Shown piece by piece: positions 7,618 to 15,867 of a DNA stretch of 42,053 nucleotides (within the stretch, counting starts at the first letter, position 1; each line of letters starts with the position of its first letter). The stretch is taken from the NCBI GenBank assembly GCA_036393435.1, contig DASWGW010000081.1, positions 1 to 42,053 of the forward strand, written 5' to 3'. The position numbers were made by a program, and so were the translations under genes. This stretch comes from Candidatus Limnocylindria bacterium (GTDB taxonomy: Bacteria > Chloroflexota > Limnocylindria > QHBO01). The notes below the pieces were generated by a model that was not told where the DNA came from, searched no databases, and saw only the letters and a program-made list of their open reading frames with translations.

Positions 7618-8735
7618 CGGTCCCGCTCCAGCGCCAGGTCGATGAGACGGGCGATGAGCGCGTCGAACGGAAGGCCCGCCAGCTCCGCCTGCTTGGGGTA
7701 CATGCTCGTCGCGGTGAGGCCCGGAAGGGTGTTCATCTCCGACAGGTAGACCCGGTCGGCAGCGACGAGGAAGTCGACCCGCGCCAGCCCGGCGCCGTCC
7801 ACCGCCCGGTAGGCCGCGAGGGACAGCTCCTTGAGCTGCGCCGCGAGGCCCGCATCGACCGCGGCCCGCGGCTCGACGACGGCGAGGCCCTCGACGTACT
7901 TGGACTCGTAGTCGTAGTACTCGTGGCTCGACCGCACCTCGCCCGGCTCGAAGACGATCGGATCCTCGTTCCCGAGCACACCGCACTCGAGCTCGCGGGC
8001 GCCGGCCACGTACTGCTCGACGATGACCTTCGAGTCGTGCCGGAAGGCCTCCTCGAGGGCCGCCGGCAGCTCGTCGAGGTCGTGGACCAGGCTCATGCCG
8101 ACGCTGCTTCCCAGCCGCGCCGGCTTCACGACGCTGCGGTCTCCGAGCGCCTCGGCGACCTGCCGGACCACGTGCTCCGGCTCCCGCTCCCAGGCGCTCC
8201 GGCGGAACCAGACGTAGTTCACGACGGGCAGGCCGTGGCCGCGCATGAGGTCCTTGAACACGACCTTGTCCATGGCGATGGCGCTCGCCAGCACGCCCGC
8301 CCCCACGTACGGGATCCCGGCGAGCTCCAGGAAGCCCTGGAGGGTGCCGTCCTCCCCGTACGGACCGTGCACGACCAGGAAGGCCACGTCGATCACGTCG
8401 CCCAGGGAGCGGACGGCGCTGCGCGCGGCGAGGGCGCCATCCGCGTCCCCTCGAGTCGCGGGAAGCTGCTGAACCTCGCCGCTTCGCAGCTTCACGACCT
8501 CCTCGGCCGGCGTGAGCGCCCCCAGCAGGCCCGCCAGGGACTGCCGCGCCCCGAGCTGCGGGGCAGGGCCGGACGGCAGCCGCCAGCGACCCTCGCGGTC
8601 GATGTAGACGACGTACGGCTCGAACCGGTCGCGGTCGATGGCGCGCAGGACCGATTCGGCCGACGCGACGCTCACCTCGTGCTCTGCCGATCGCCCTCCG
8701 GCGAAGATCCCGACCCGCAGGCGCCGCTCGCTCAT
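7614..8735 (-). CDS. ddl: D-alanine--D-alanine ligase
   Basis: MSERRLRVGIFAGGRSAEHEVSVASA..., VVHGPYGEDGTLQGFLELAGIPYVG, EMNTLPGLT. The ATG at 8735 overlaps the murB stop (ATGA). Confidence 0.93.
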   Translation of the reverse strand: MSERRLRVGIFAGGRSAEHEVSVASAESVLRAIDRDRFEPYVVYIDREGRWRLPSGPAPQLGARQSLAGLLGALTPAEEVVKLRSGEVQQLPATRGDADGALAARSAVRSLGDVIDVAFLVVHGPYGEDGTLQGFLELAGIPYVGAGVLASAIAMDKVVFKDLMRGHGLPVVNYVWFRRSAWEREPEHVVRQVAEALGDRSVVKPARLGSSVGMSLVHDLDELPAALEEAFRHDSKVIVEQYVAGARELECGVLGNEDPIVFEPGEVRSSHEYYDYESKYVEGLAVVEPRAAVDAGLAAQLKELSLAAYRAVDGAGLARVDFLVAADRVYLSEMNTLPGLTATSMYPKQAELAGLPFDALIARLIDLALERDR

Positions 8736-9724
8736 CGGACGCCCTCGAGGTGCGACGTGGCGGTCGCCCACGGGCCGTCGTCGTCCCAGTCCCCGACGAA
8801 CTCGATCTCGTACTGCAGCTCGACTCCGAGGCGCTCCGCCACCACCGCGCGCACGTGGTCGCCGAGGCGGCGAACGTCGGCGGCCGCCCCGCCGCGGTCA
8901 ACGACGATGAAGTTCGCGTGCAGGGTGCTGACCTCCGCGGAGCCGATGCGGTGGCCCTTGAGGCCGGCCTCGTCGACGAGGCGCCCGGCGTGGTCGCCGA
9001 TCGGGTTGCGGAATACGCTGCCCGCGTTCTGGTCGGCCAGCGGCTGCGTCGCGCGGCGGTGCGCCTGGTTGGCGGCCACCCGCGCCGCGATCTCGGCCGG
9101 GTGCCCGGCCGTCAGCCGCAGCCGGGCGCCGAGGATCGTCCACGGACCGTCCTTGAAGCTCGAGCTCCGATATGCGAAGCCGCACTCCTCCGCCGGGATG
9201 ACCACCACGCCGTCCGCGTCACGCTCGCCGCTCCACGCGTCGACGGTGACGACGACGTCCTTCATCTCGCCTCCGTGCGCACCGGCGTTCGCCCAGACCG
9301 CGCCGCCCACGCTGCCCGGGATGCTGATGCCGAACTCGAGCCCGCCAAGGCCCGCCGCGGTGCAGCGCTTCACGAGCGCGGCCATCGCGGCGCCGGACTC
9401 CGCGTGCACCTCGGCGCCGTCGACGCGAATCGCATCGGCTCGATTGCGAACGACGAGGCCGCGGATGCCGCGGTCGGAGACGACGATGTCGCTCCCCTTG
9501 CCCAGCACCCCGCCGGGCAGGCCGGCATCGCGCGCCAGCCGAAGCGCGGCGAGCAGCTCGTCCGCGGTCTCGGCGGTCGTCAGCCGGTCCACGCTGCCAC
9601 CGACGCGGAGCGTGGTGAGCGGCGCAAGCGGCACGTCCGGCTCAAGCGCGATCCCGCGCTCTTCGGCAAGCTCGTCGAGTACTGCGAGCCGCTCCTCCAA
9701 CCGCGCCTCGCGGGCCTGCGTCAT
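8732..9724 (-). CDS. murB: UDP-N-acetylenolpyruvoylglucosamine reductase
   Basis: Track ORF 8732..10582 trimmed to the ATG at 9724, which overlaps the murG stop (ATGA). MTQAREA...LAPLTTLRVGGSVDRL...GSVFRNP... Confidence 0.92.
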   Translation of the reverse strand: MTQAREARLEERLAVLDELAEERGIALEPDVPLAPLTTLRVGGSVDRLTTAETADELLAALRLARDAGLPGGVLGKGSDIVVSDRGIRGLVVRNRADAIRVDGAEVHAESGAAMAALVKRCTAAGLGGLEFGISIPGSVGGAVWANAGAHGGEMKDVVVTVDAWSGERDADGVVVIPAEECGFAYRSSSFKDGPWTILGARLRLTAGHPAEIAARVAANQAHRRATQPLADQNAGSVFRNPIGDHAGRLVDEAGLKGHRIGSAEVSTLHANFIVVDRGGAAADVRRLGDHVRAVVAERLGVELQYEIEFVGDWDDDGPWATATSHLEGVR

Positions 9725-10854
9725 GACGCGGCCTCCGAGGGAAGCGGCGCCCGGTCGGCCATCGCGACCAGCTCGAGGGCCAGGGTTTGCGCCGCCTCCG
9801 GCCGCGCGAGGCGGCGCGCGGCACGGCCCATTGCGAGGCGCACGTCGTCGTCGCGCATCGCTGCGGCGTAGCCGAGGAGCCGGTCGCCATCGAGCTCCTC
9901 GTCCGGGACGGCGATCGCGGCCCGCTGCTCCGCCATGAACCGCGCGTTGTATCGCTGGTGCGCGCCGGCGAACGGGTACGGCACGAGGATCGAGGCCACG
10001 CCCACGGCCGCGAGCTCGGCGCAGGTCGAAGACCCCGCGCGGCCGACGACGAGGTCGGCGGCCACAAGCGCATCGGCCATGCGGTCGGTCAGGAACGGCT
10101 CCGGCATGTAGCGCGAGCGCAGCGCTTCGGGGAGCGCCTCGCGGGCGGCCTCGGCATCGGCCATTGCGCCCTCGCCGCACAGGTGGAGCACGTGCCACTC
10201 TTCGAGCAGCGGCCGTAGCGCACCGATGACGGCCGCATTCAGCCGCGTGACTGCCTGCGACCCGCCGAAGACGAGCAGGAGGCGATCGCTCGGGCCGATC
10301 CCGAACGAGCGACGAGCCACCTCGCGGTCGATGCCGACGAACGACCGGATCGGCGTCCCGGAGATGAAGGCGCGTCCCGGGAAGGCCTCGAGCGTGGGTG
10401 GAAAGCTCACAGCCACGCGCGTCGCGGCCCTGCCGATGAACCGCGTCGCGCGACCGGGCAGAACGTTGCCCTCCCAGACCAGCGTCGGGATGCCGAGGGC
10501 GCGGGCTGCGAGGACGAGTGGGACGGCCAGGTATCCGCCCGTGGTGAACAGCGCCTCCGGACGCGTGCGGCGCAGAAGCCACCAGGCCTGCGGGATCGAC
10601 GCGGCCAGGCGGGCCGGATCGAGGGCCGTGTGCAGCGACAGGCCGGCCGAGCGCAGCGAGCGCACCACGAGCTGGTGATACGGAAGCCCGCCGCCCAACG
10701 GGTGACCGGCCACGAGCCGACGCTCGAAGCCGCGGACGCCGCCGATGTAGTCCAGCTCAACGTCGGGCCGGACGTCGCGGAGCGCTTGAGCCACGGCCAG
10801 CGCGGGGTACACGTGCCCGCCGGTCCCGCCGCCCGAAACCGAACACCGCATCAC
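9721..10854 (-). CDS. murG: Lipid II synthase MurG (UDP-GlcNAc transferase)
   Basis: 377 aa with the N-terminal glycine loop SGGGTGGHVYPALAVAQAL. Start is GTG 10854 or ATG 10851. AGGA lies 7 nt upstream. Confidence 0.93.
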   Translation of the reverse strand: MMRCSVSGGGTGGHVYPALAVAQALRDVRPDVELDYIGGVRGFERRLVAGHPLGGGLPYHQLVVRSLRSAGLSLHTALDPARLAASIPQAWWLLRRTRPEALFTTGGYLAVPLVLAARALGIPTLVWEGNVLPGRATRFIGRAATRVAVSFPPTLEAFPGRAFISGTPIRSFVGIDREVARRSFGIGPSDRLLLVFGGSQAVTRLNAAVIGALRPLLEEWHVLHLCGEGAMADAEAAREALPEALRSRYMPEPFLTDRMADALVAADLVVGRAGSSTCAELAAVGVASILVPYPFAGAHQRYNARFMAEQRAAIAVPDEELDGDRLLGYAAAMRDDDVRLAMGRAARRLARPEAAQTLALELVAMADRAPLPSEAAS

Positions 10855-12037
10855 GCAATGATCCTGTCTGGGTGGTCTCGCGGCTGATCGAGAGCAGGAT
10901 CCCGATCGCCGCGAGGTTGATGGTCAGCGCCGACCCGCCGGCGCTGATGAACGGAAGCGGAATGCCGGTCACCGGCAGGAGCGCGGTGACCACCATCATG
11001 TTCACGAAGGCCTGTGCGATGAGCCAGGTGGTGATGCCGCAGGCCAGCAGGCCGGAGAAGGTGTCCGGGGCGGTGATCGCGATCCGGTAGCCCTGGTAGG
11101 CGATGACCACGAACAGGGCGACGACGGTCAGCGTGCCGACCAGGCCCCACTCCTCGCCGATGATCGCGAAGATGAAGTCCGTGGAGGGAGCCGGGAGATA
11201 GAGGAACTTCTGGCGGCTCTCCCCGAGCCCGAGCCCGGTGATTCCGCCGAGCGCGAGCGCCATGAGCGCCTGGATCGTGTTGTAGCCGGTGTCGAGCGGG
11301 TCGCGGAACGGGTCGAGGAAGGTCTGGATGCGCTGCATCTGGTAGGCCGTGCTGGTCACCATCCACCAGCCCGCGCCGACGACCGCCGCCGCGATGGCGC
11401 CCATGAAGAAGAGGTGGGCGCCCGCCATGAAGAACACGCCCAGGGCCGCAGCCACGTACACCGCCGCCGTCCCGAGGTCGGGCTCGAGGGCGATGAGGAT
11501 GAATCCGGGCGCCACGAGCAGCGCGAACGGGATGAGGCCGTTCCAGAAGGTGCCGGCCGCCTTCCCGCGCCGGTCGAGCCAGTGCGCGAGGTAGAGCACG
11601 ACGGCGAGCTTCGCGAACTCCGCCGGCTGCAGGGATCCGACCGCCGGGATGACGATCCAGCGTCGCGACCCGTTGATCTCGGAGCCGATGCCGGGGATCA
11701 GCACCGCCACGAGCAGCGCCGAGGTGATGACGAAGGCGGGGATGGCGAGGTACCGGAGGTGCCGGAAGTCCACTCGGCTGGCCACGAACAGCCCCGTCAG
11801 GCCGATCCCGGCCCACACGAGCTGCTCCAGGCCCTGCGCCGCCGGATCCGAGGTGCTGAAGTAGGAGCGAACGCTCGAGGCGGAGTACACCATCACGATC
11901 CCGATGGCGGTGAGCGCCATCACCGCGAGCATGAGCGCGAAGGCCGGCTCGTGCCGCTCGCGCCGCACGCCGCCGCGCGTGAGCGTCCGGCCCCCGCCCG
12001 CGGCGCGGCCGCGGGCGGCGATCGCCGCGGCGGTCAC
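10757..12037 (-). CDS. ftsW: SEDS-family peptidoglycan glycosyltransferase FtsW
   Basis: 426 aa, polytopic, with MVYSASS, QPAEFAKLAVVLYLA, LEPDLGTA and LPFISAGGSAL. The GTG start overlaps the murD stop (GTGA). The Arg-rich C-terminal tail overlaps murG by 98 nt. Confidence 0.9.
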   Translation of the reverse strand: MTAAAIAARGRAAGGGRTLTRGGVRRERHEPAFALMLAVMALTAIGIVMVYSASSVRSYFSTSDPAAQGLEQLVWAGIGLTGLFVASRVDFRHLRYLAIPAFVITSALLVAVLIPGIGSEINGSRRWIVIPAVGSLQPAEFAKLAVVLYLAHWLDRRGKAAGTFWNGLIPFALLVAPGFILIALEPDLGTAAVYVAAALGVFFMAGAHLFFMGAIAAAVVGAGWWMVTSTAYQMQRIQTFLDPFRDPLDTGYNTIQALMALALGGITGLGLGESRQKFLYLPAPSTDFIFAIIGEEWGLVGTLTVVALFVVIAYQGYRIAITAPDTFSGLLACGITTWLIAQAFVNMMVVTALLPVTGIPLPFISAGGSALTINLAAIGILLSISRETTQTGSLRDAVFGFGRRDRRARVPRAGRGSSAPRRPARR

Positions 12038-13452
12038 GAGTCCGTTCCCAGAGCGGCGACGGCGGCGCGGAAGGCGTCGCCTCGCGCCGCGTAGTCGTCG
12101 AACATGTCGAAGCTCGCCGCGGCGGGCGCCAGGAGCGCGACGTCGCCGTGCCGGACGAGCGCGGCCGCCAGCGACACCGCCTGTGGCATGTTCGACGCGC
12201 GGAAGTGCGGCAGCCGGTCGCCTATGAGCGCCTGCAGCTCGTCCGCGGTCTCGCCGATGAGCACCACGGCCCGAGCCCGCGCGGCGATGGCGTCGGCGAA
12301 CGCGCCGTAGTCGAGCCCCTTGTCCTTACCGCCCGCGATGAGCACGATCGGCGCGTCGAACGCCTCGAGCGCGGCGATGGCGGCGAGCGGGATGGTCGCC
12401 TGCGAGTCGTTCACCCAGCGGACGCCATCCCGTTCGGCGACCAGCTCCAGCCGATGCGGCACCCCGCGGAACTCCCGGACCGCCTCCGCAATGTCGGCCA
12501 CGGCGGCGCCGGCGGCGTGCGCCCCGAGGGCCGCGGCGAGGACGTCGGAGAGGAGATGGCGCCCGGGGATCGGCACCTCGGCGGCCGGAAGGAGGCGCTC
12601 GCCTCCGAGCAGCAGCCACCCGTCCGCGGAGAGCTCGGCGGCGAGGCCGTCGGAGGGCTCGAGCCCGTACCAGTCGATGCTGGCCGCCGGGAGGCTCGCG
12701 CCGAGCTCCCGCGACCCGGGGTCGTCCCGGTTCAGGACCAGGCGCCCGCCACCGGCCGAGAGCTGCGCCAGGCGCGCCTTCACCGCACGGTACGCGGCGA
12801 CCGAGCCGTGGCGGTCGAGGTGGTCCTCGCCGATGTTCGTGTAGACCGCGACGTCCGCCCCGCGGCTGATCGTCGGGAGCTGAAGCTCCGAGAGCTCGAC
12901 CACCGCCCAGTCGCTCGGCGCAAGCGTCGTCGCGCGCTCGATGAGCGGCGTGCCGATGTTGCCGCCGAGGACGTGCGGGATCCCGGCCCGCTCGAGCATG
13001 GCGGCGACCAGCGACGAGGTCGTCGTCTTCCCCTTCGTGCCGGTGACGGCCAGGATCCTGGCGCTCGTGAGCCGCAGGAACAGCTCGACCTCGCTGACGA
13101 TCTGGGCGCCGCGCGCCTCGGCCGCCACGAGCGCCTCCCGCAGCCATGCATCGGTCGTCGGGAACCTCGCGGAGACGGACGGACTGGTCACCAGCAGGTC
13201 GGCGCCGTCGATGAGCGCGCGCGCCTCCCCCTCCGGGGTGGCGAGGGCCAGCCGAACCGGTCGCCCCTCGAGACCGGCGACGCTCTCGCCGAGCTCCGAC
13301 GCGGGCCGCCGGTCGTAGGCGGTCACGACGGCGCCCGCATCGGCCAGGAAGCGGCTTGCCGCGAGGCCCGAGCGCGCGAGGCCGAGCACGACCGCGTGAC
13401 GGCCGGACAGGTCGGCGACGGAGCTGATGGGGCGGCTGGGCACGGTCATCAT
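12034..13452 (-). CDS. murD: UDP-MurNAc-L-Ala--D-Glu ligase
   Basis: Track ORF trimmed to the ATG at 13452 (MMTVPSRP...). VVLGLARSGLAASRFLADAGAVV (Rossmann N-domain) and VTGTKGKTTTSSL (P-loop). Confidence 0.9.
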   Translation of the reverse strand: MMTVPSRPISSVADLSGRHAVVLGLARSGLAASRFLADAGAVVTAYDRRPASELGESVAGLEGRPVRLALATPEGEARALIDGADLLVTSPSVSARFPTTDAWLREALVAAEARGAQIVSEVELFLRLTSARILAVTGTKGKTTTSSLVAAMLERAGIPHVLGGNIGTPLIERATTLAPSDWAVVELSELQLPTISRGADVAVYTNIGEDHLDRHGSVAAYRAVKARLAQLSAGGGRLVLNRDDPGSRELGASLPAASIDWYGLEPSDGLAAELSADGWLLLGGERLLPAAEVPIPGRHLLSDVLAAALGAHAAGAAVADIAEAVREFRGVPHRLELVAERDGVRWVNDSQATIPLAAIAALEAFDAPIVLIAGGKDKGLDYGAFADAIAARARAVVLIGETADELQALIGDRLPHFRASNMPQAVSLAAALVRHGDVALLAPAAASFDMFDDYAARGDAFRAAVAALGTDS

Positions 13453-13462
13453 CGGTCCACGG

Positions 13463-14434
13463 TCATGCCGGTACGCTCTCGAGGAAGACGCTGAAGCCCA
13501 GCAGTCCCGCGAGGGCCGCCACGATCCAGAACCGCAGCGTGATCTTCTCCTCGGCCCAGCCGATGAGCTCGAAGTGGTGCTGGAGCGGCGCCATGCGAAA
13601 TACGCGGCGCCCACGCAGCCGATAGCTCACGACCTGGATGACGACGCTCATGGTCACCGCCACGAAGACGATGCCGACGATGGCCAGCAGCGGAAGCTGG
13701 CCGGTGATGGTGGCCACCACCGCGAGCGTCGCTCCGAGGCTCAGGGCGCCGGAGTCGCCCATGAAGATCTGGGCCGGGTGCACGTTGAACCACAGGAAGC
13801 CCATGAGCGCGCCGATGACGAGCGCGCAGAAGACGGCGAGGTTCCCCTGGCCCTCCTGGGTCGCGGCGACGAGGAGGTAGGCGACGAAGCTGAAGATGAG
13901 GACGCCGCCGGCCAGGCCGTCGAGCCCGTCGGTCAGGTTCACCGCGTTGCTCGTGCCGACGATCACGAAGGCCACGAACAGGATGAACGCGAAGGCGCCG
14001 ATGACGATCGGCTGGTCGACGAACGGGACCCTCAGCGCGTCGAGGCCGAAGTGGCGCTGGATGTAGAAGGCCGCGAGCAGCGCGACGACCGTCTGCCACG
14101 CCAGCTTCCACCGCCCGCGCATGCCGATGCCGGTGCGGATGTTCACGAAGTCGTCTATCGCGCCGAGGATGCCGACGCCCATGAGCGCCAGCATCGGCGT
14201 CAGGGTGGACGTGTCCTCGATGCGCATGGCCATGGCCAGGAAGAGGACGACGGCGACCACCAGCATGCCGCCCATCGTCGGCGTACCCGCCTTGCCGAAG
14301 TGGGCGGCGGGGCCGTCGGTGCGGATCATCTTGCCGAACGCCAGGCGCTGGAGCAGGTTGATGTAGATCGGCCCGAGCAGGACCATCCCGCTGAAAGCGA
14401 GCAGCAGCGCGACCACGATCTGGGCGAGGCTCAT
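13463..14434 (-). CDS. mraY: Phospho-MurNAc-pentapeptide translocase
   Basis: Track ORF trimmed to the ATG at 14434, which overlaps the murF stop (ATGA). GTPTMGGM, NAVNLTDGLDGLA, FMGDSGALSLG. Confidence 0.95.
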   Translation of the reverse strand: MSLAQIVVALLLAFSGMVLLGPIYINLLQRLAFGKMIRTDGPAAHFGKAGTPTMGGMLVVAVVLFLAMAMRIEDTSTLTPMLALMGVGILGAIDDFVNIRTGIGMRGRWKLAWQTVVALLAAFYIQRHFGLDALRVPFVDQPIVIGAFAFILFVAFVIVGTSNAVNLTDGLDGLAGGVLIFSFVAYLLVAATQEGQGNLAVFCALVIGALMGFLWFNVHPAQIFMGDSGALSLGATLAVVATITGQLPLLAIVGIVFVAVTMSVVIQVVSYRLRGRRVFRMAPLQHHFELIGWAEEKITLRFWIVAALAGLLGFSVFLESVPA

Positions 14435-15867
14435 GCGGGCCTCTCCAGCAGCTCGACCGCCCGCTCGAGGCCGATGCCGCGCGAGGCCTTCAGCAGGACG
14501 ACGTCGCCGGGCCCCGGTGCGACCTCCCGCTCGAGGGCGGCGGCTGCCTCGTCTGCCTCGTCGACGGTCGAGACGCGCGAGTGTCCCGCCGCTCGCGCCG
14601 CCTCGGCGATCCAGCGCCCGCGGGGGCCGACGGCCACGATCACGTCGGCGACGCCTGCCGCACGCGCGCCGATCTCGCGATGGAGCCGCTCCTCGTCCGG
14701 CCCGAGCTCGAGCATGTCGCCGAGCACCGCGATTCGACGCCGGCCTGCAGGGATCGGGGTCTCGGCCAGGAAGTCGAGCGCCGCGGCCACGCTCACCGGC
14801 GAGGCGTTGTACGTGTCGTCGACCAGCGTCGCGCCCGACGTGGCATCCGCGACGCGCATGCGGTGCGCAGCGTGGCTCCCGGCCGTCAGCGCCGCCTCGA
14901 CGTCGTCCAAAGGGACGTCGAAGCGCTCCGCCACCGCGGCAGCGGCCAGCGCGTGCGGAACGAGGTGCCGCCCGGGCATCGCGCTCACCAAGCGCCTGGT
15001 GCCCCACGGCGCGACGAGCGTGAACTCCGTGCCCGCGAGCCCGCGCGACGCGATCTGCTCGGCGCGGACGTCCGCCCCCGGATCCAGTCCGAACGTGCGC
15101 ACCGGGGCCGGCGTCACGGCACGCATGGCCGCGACCGCCGGGTCGTCGGCGTTGAGGACGGCAAGGCCGTCGCGCGGCAGCGCCGCCGGAAGCTCCGACT
15201 TCGCGAGGGCGATGCGCTCGATGCTGCCCGCCCGCACGAGGTGCGCCGGGTGGACGGCGAGCACCACGCCCACCTCCGGGCGGGCGATCTCGGCCAGCCA
15301 CGCGATCTCGCCGACGGTGTACATGCTCATCTCGAGCACCGCGGCCTGGTGCGACTCGTCGAGGCGCAGGAGCGTCATCGGCAGTCCTGTCTCCGAGTTC
15401 AGGTTCCCCTCGTTGCGCAGCGTCGTCAGCGTGCGTGACAGGACGTCGGCCGTGATCTCCTTCGCGATCGTCTTGCCGGTCGAGCCGGTGATTCCCACGA
15501 CGCGGACCGCGTGCCGGCGCCGCCACCACCCGGCGAGCTCGCCGAGGGCGACCAGCGGGTCCGCCACCTGGACGATGGCGGCGTCGAGATCCGGCGGCAC
15601 GTCGACCGGCCGGGAGACGAGGGCCGCGACCGCGCCCGCGCGGAGCGCCTCGACGACGAAGCGATGCCCGTCGGCGCGCTCGCCCTGGAGGGCGACGAAG
15701 CAGCTTCCGGGGGTGATCCGGCGCGAGTCGACGGAGGCGCCGGTGATGCCGCTGACCGATGTGGGTCCCTGGAGCCGGCCGCCGACCGCGCTCAGCAGCT
15801 CGTCGAGTTGGATCGTGGGAGGCACTCGGACCACGCTGCGGACTACCGCGGAGTCTACCAGCGTCAC
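14431..15867 (-). CDS. murF: UDP-MurNAc-tripeptide--D-Ala-D-Ala ligase
   Basis: 478 aa with GITGSTGKT, GNLNSETGLPMTLLRL, VLNADDP, DDTYNASP and LGDMLELG. All are MurF-type. There is no DNPR or MurE-type motif. Confidence 0.9.
   Translation of the reverse strand: MTLVDSAVVRSVVRVPPTIQLDELLSAVGGRLQGPTSVSGITGASVDSRRITPGSCFVALQGERADGHRFVVEALRAGAVAALVSRPVDVPPDLDAAIVQVADPLVALGELAGWWRRRHAVRVVGITGSTGKTIAKEITADVLSRTLTTLRNEGNLNSETGLPMTLLRLDESHQAAVLEMSMYTVGEIAWLAEIARPEVGVVLAVHPAHLVRAGSIERIALAKSELPAALPRDGLAVLNADDPAVAAMRAVTPAPVRTFGLDPGADVRAEQIASRGLAGTEFTLVAPWGTRRLVSAMPGRHLVPHALAAAAVAERFDVPLDDVEAALTAGSHAAHRMRVADATSGATLVDDTYNASPVSVAAALDFLAETPIPAGRRRIAVLGDMLELGPDEERLHREIGARAAGVADVIVAVGPRGRWIAEAARAAGHSRVSTVDEADEAAAALEREVAPGPGDVVLLKASRGIGLERAVELLERPA

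Noticed and set aside
6703-8901. Long N-terminal extensions in the ORF track for ftsQ, murB (8732..10582), mraY (13463..15943), murD, ftsI, sdhA (23207..25354), sdhC (25454..26740), icd (25822..27042), the biotin carboxylase, the epimerase, sucC and parA.
   Set aside because: The extensions run through the upstream gene in a different frame and are Arg-rich. In each case a start codon overlapping or just after the upstream stop (ATGA/GTGA/TTGA), or one with a good SD, gives a protein of canonical length and N-terminus.
14431-15867. Whether the single Mur ligase after ftsI is MurE, which is the canonical occupant of that slot.
   Set aside because: The motifs are MurF-specific (GNLN..G.PMTLLRL, LNADDP, DDTYNASP, LGDMLELG). 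It has no DNPR motif, and its 478-aa length is closer to MurF (E. coli 452 aa) than to typical MurE (about 490-530 aa).
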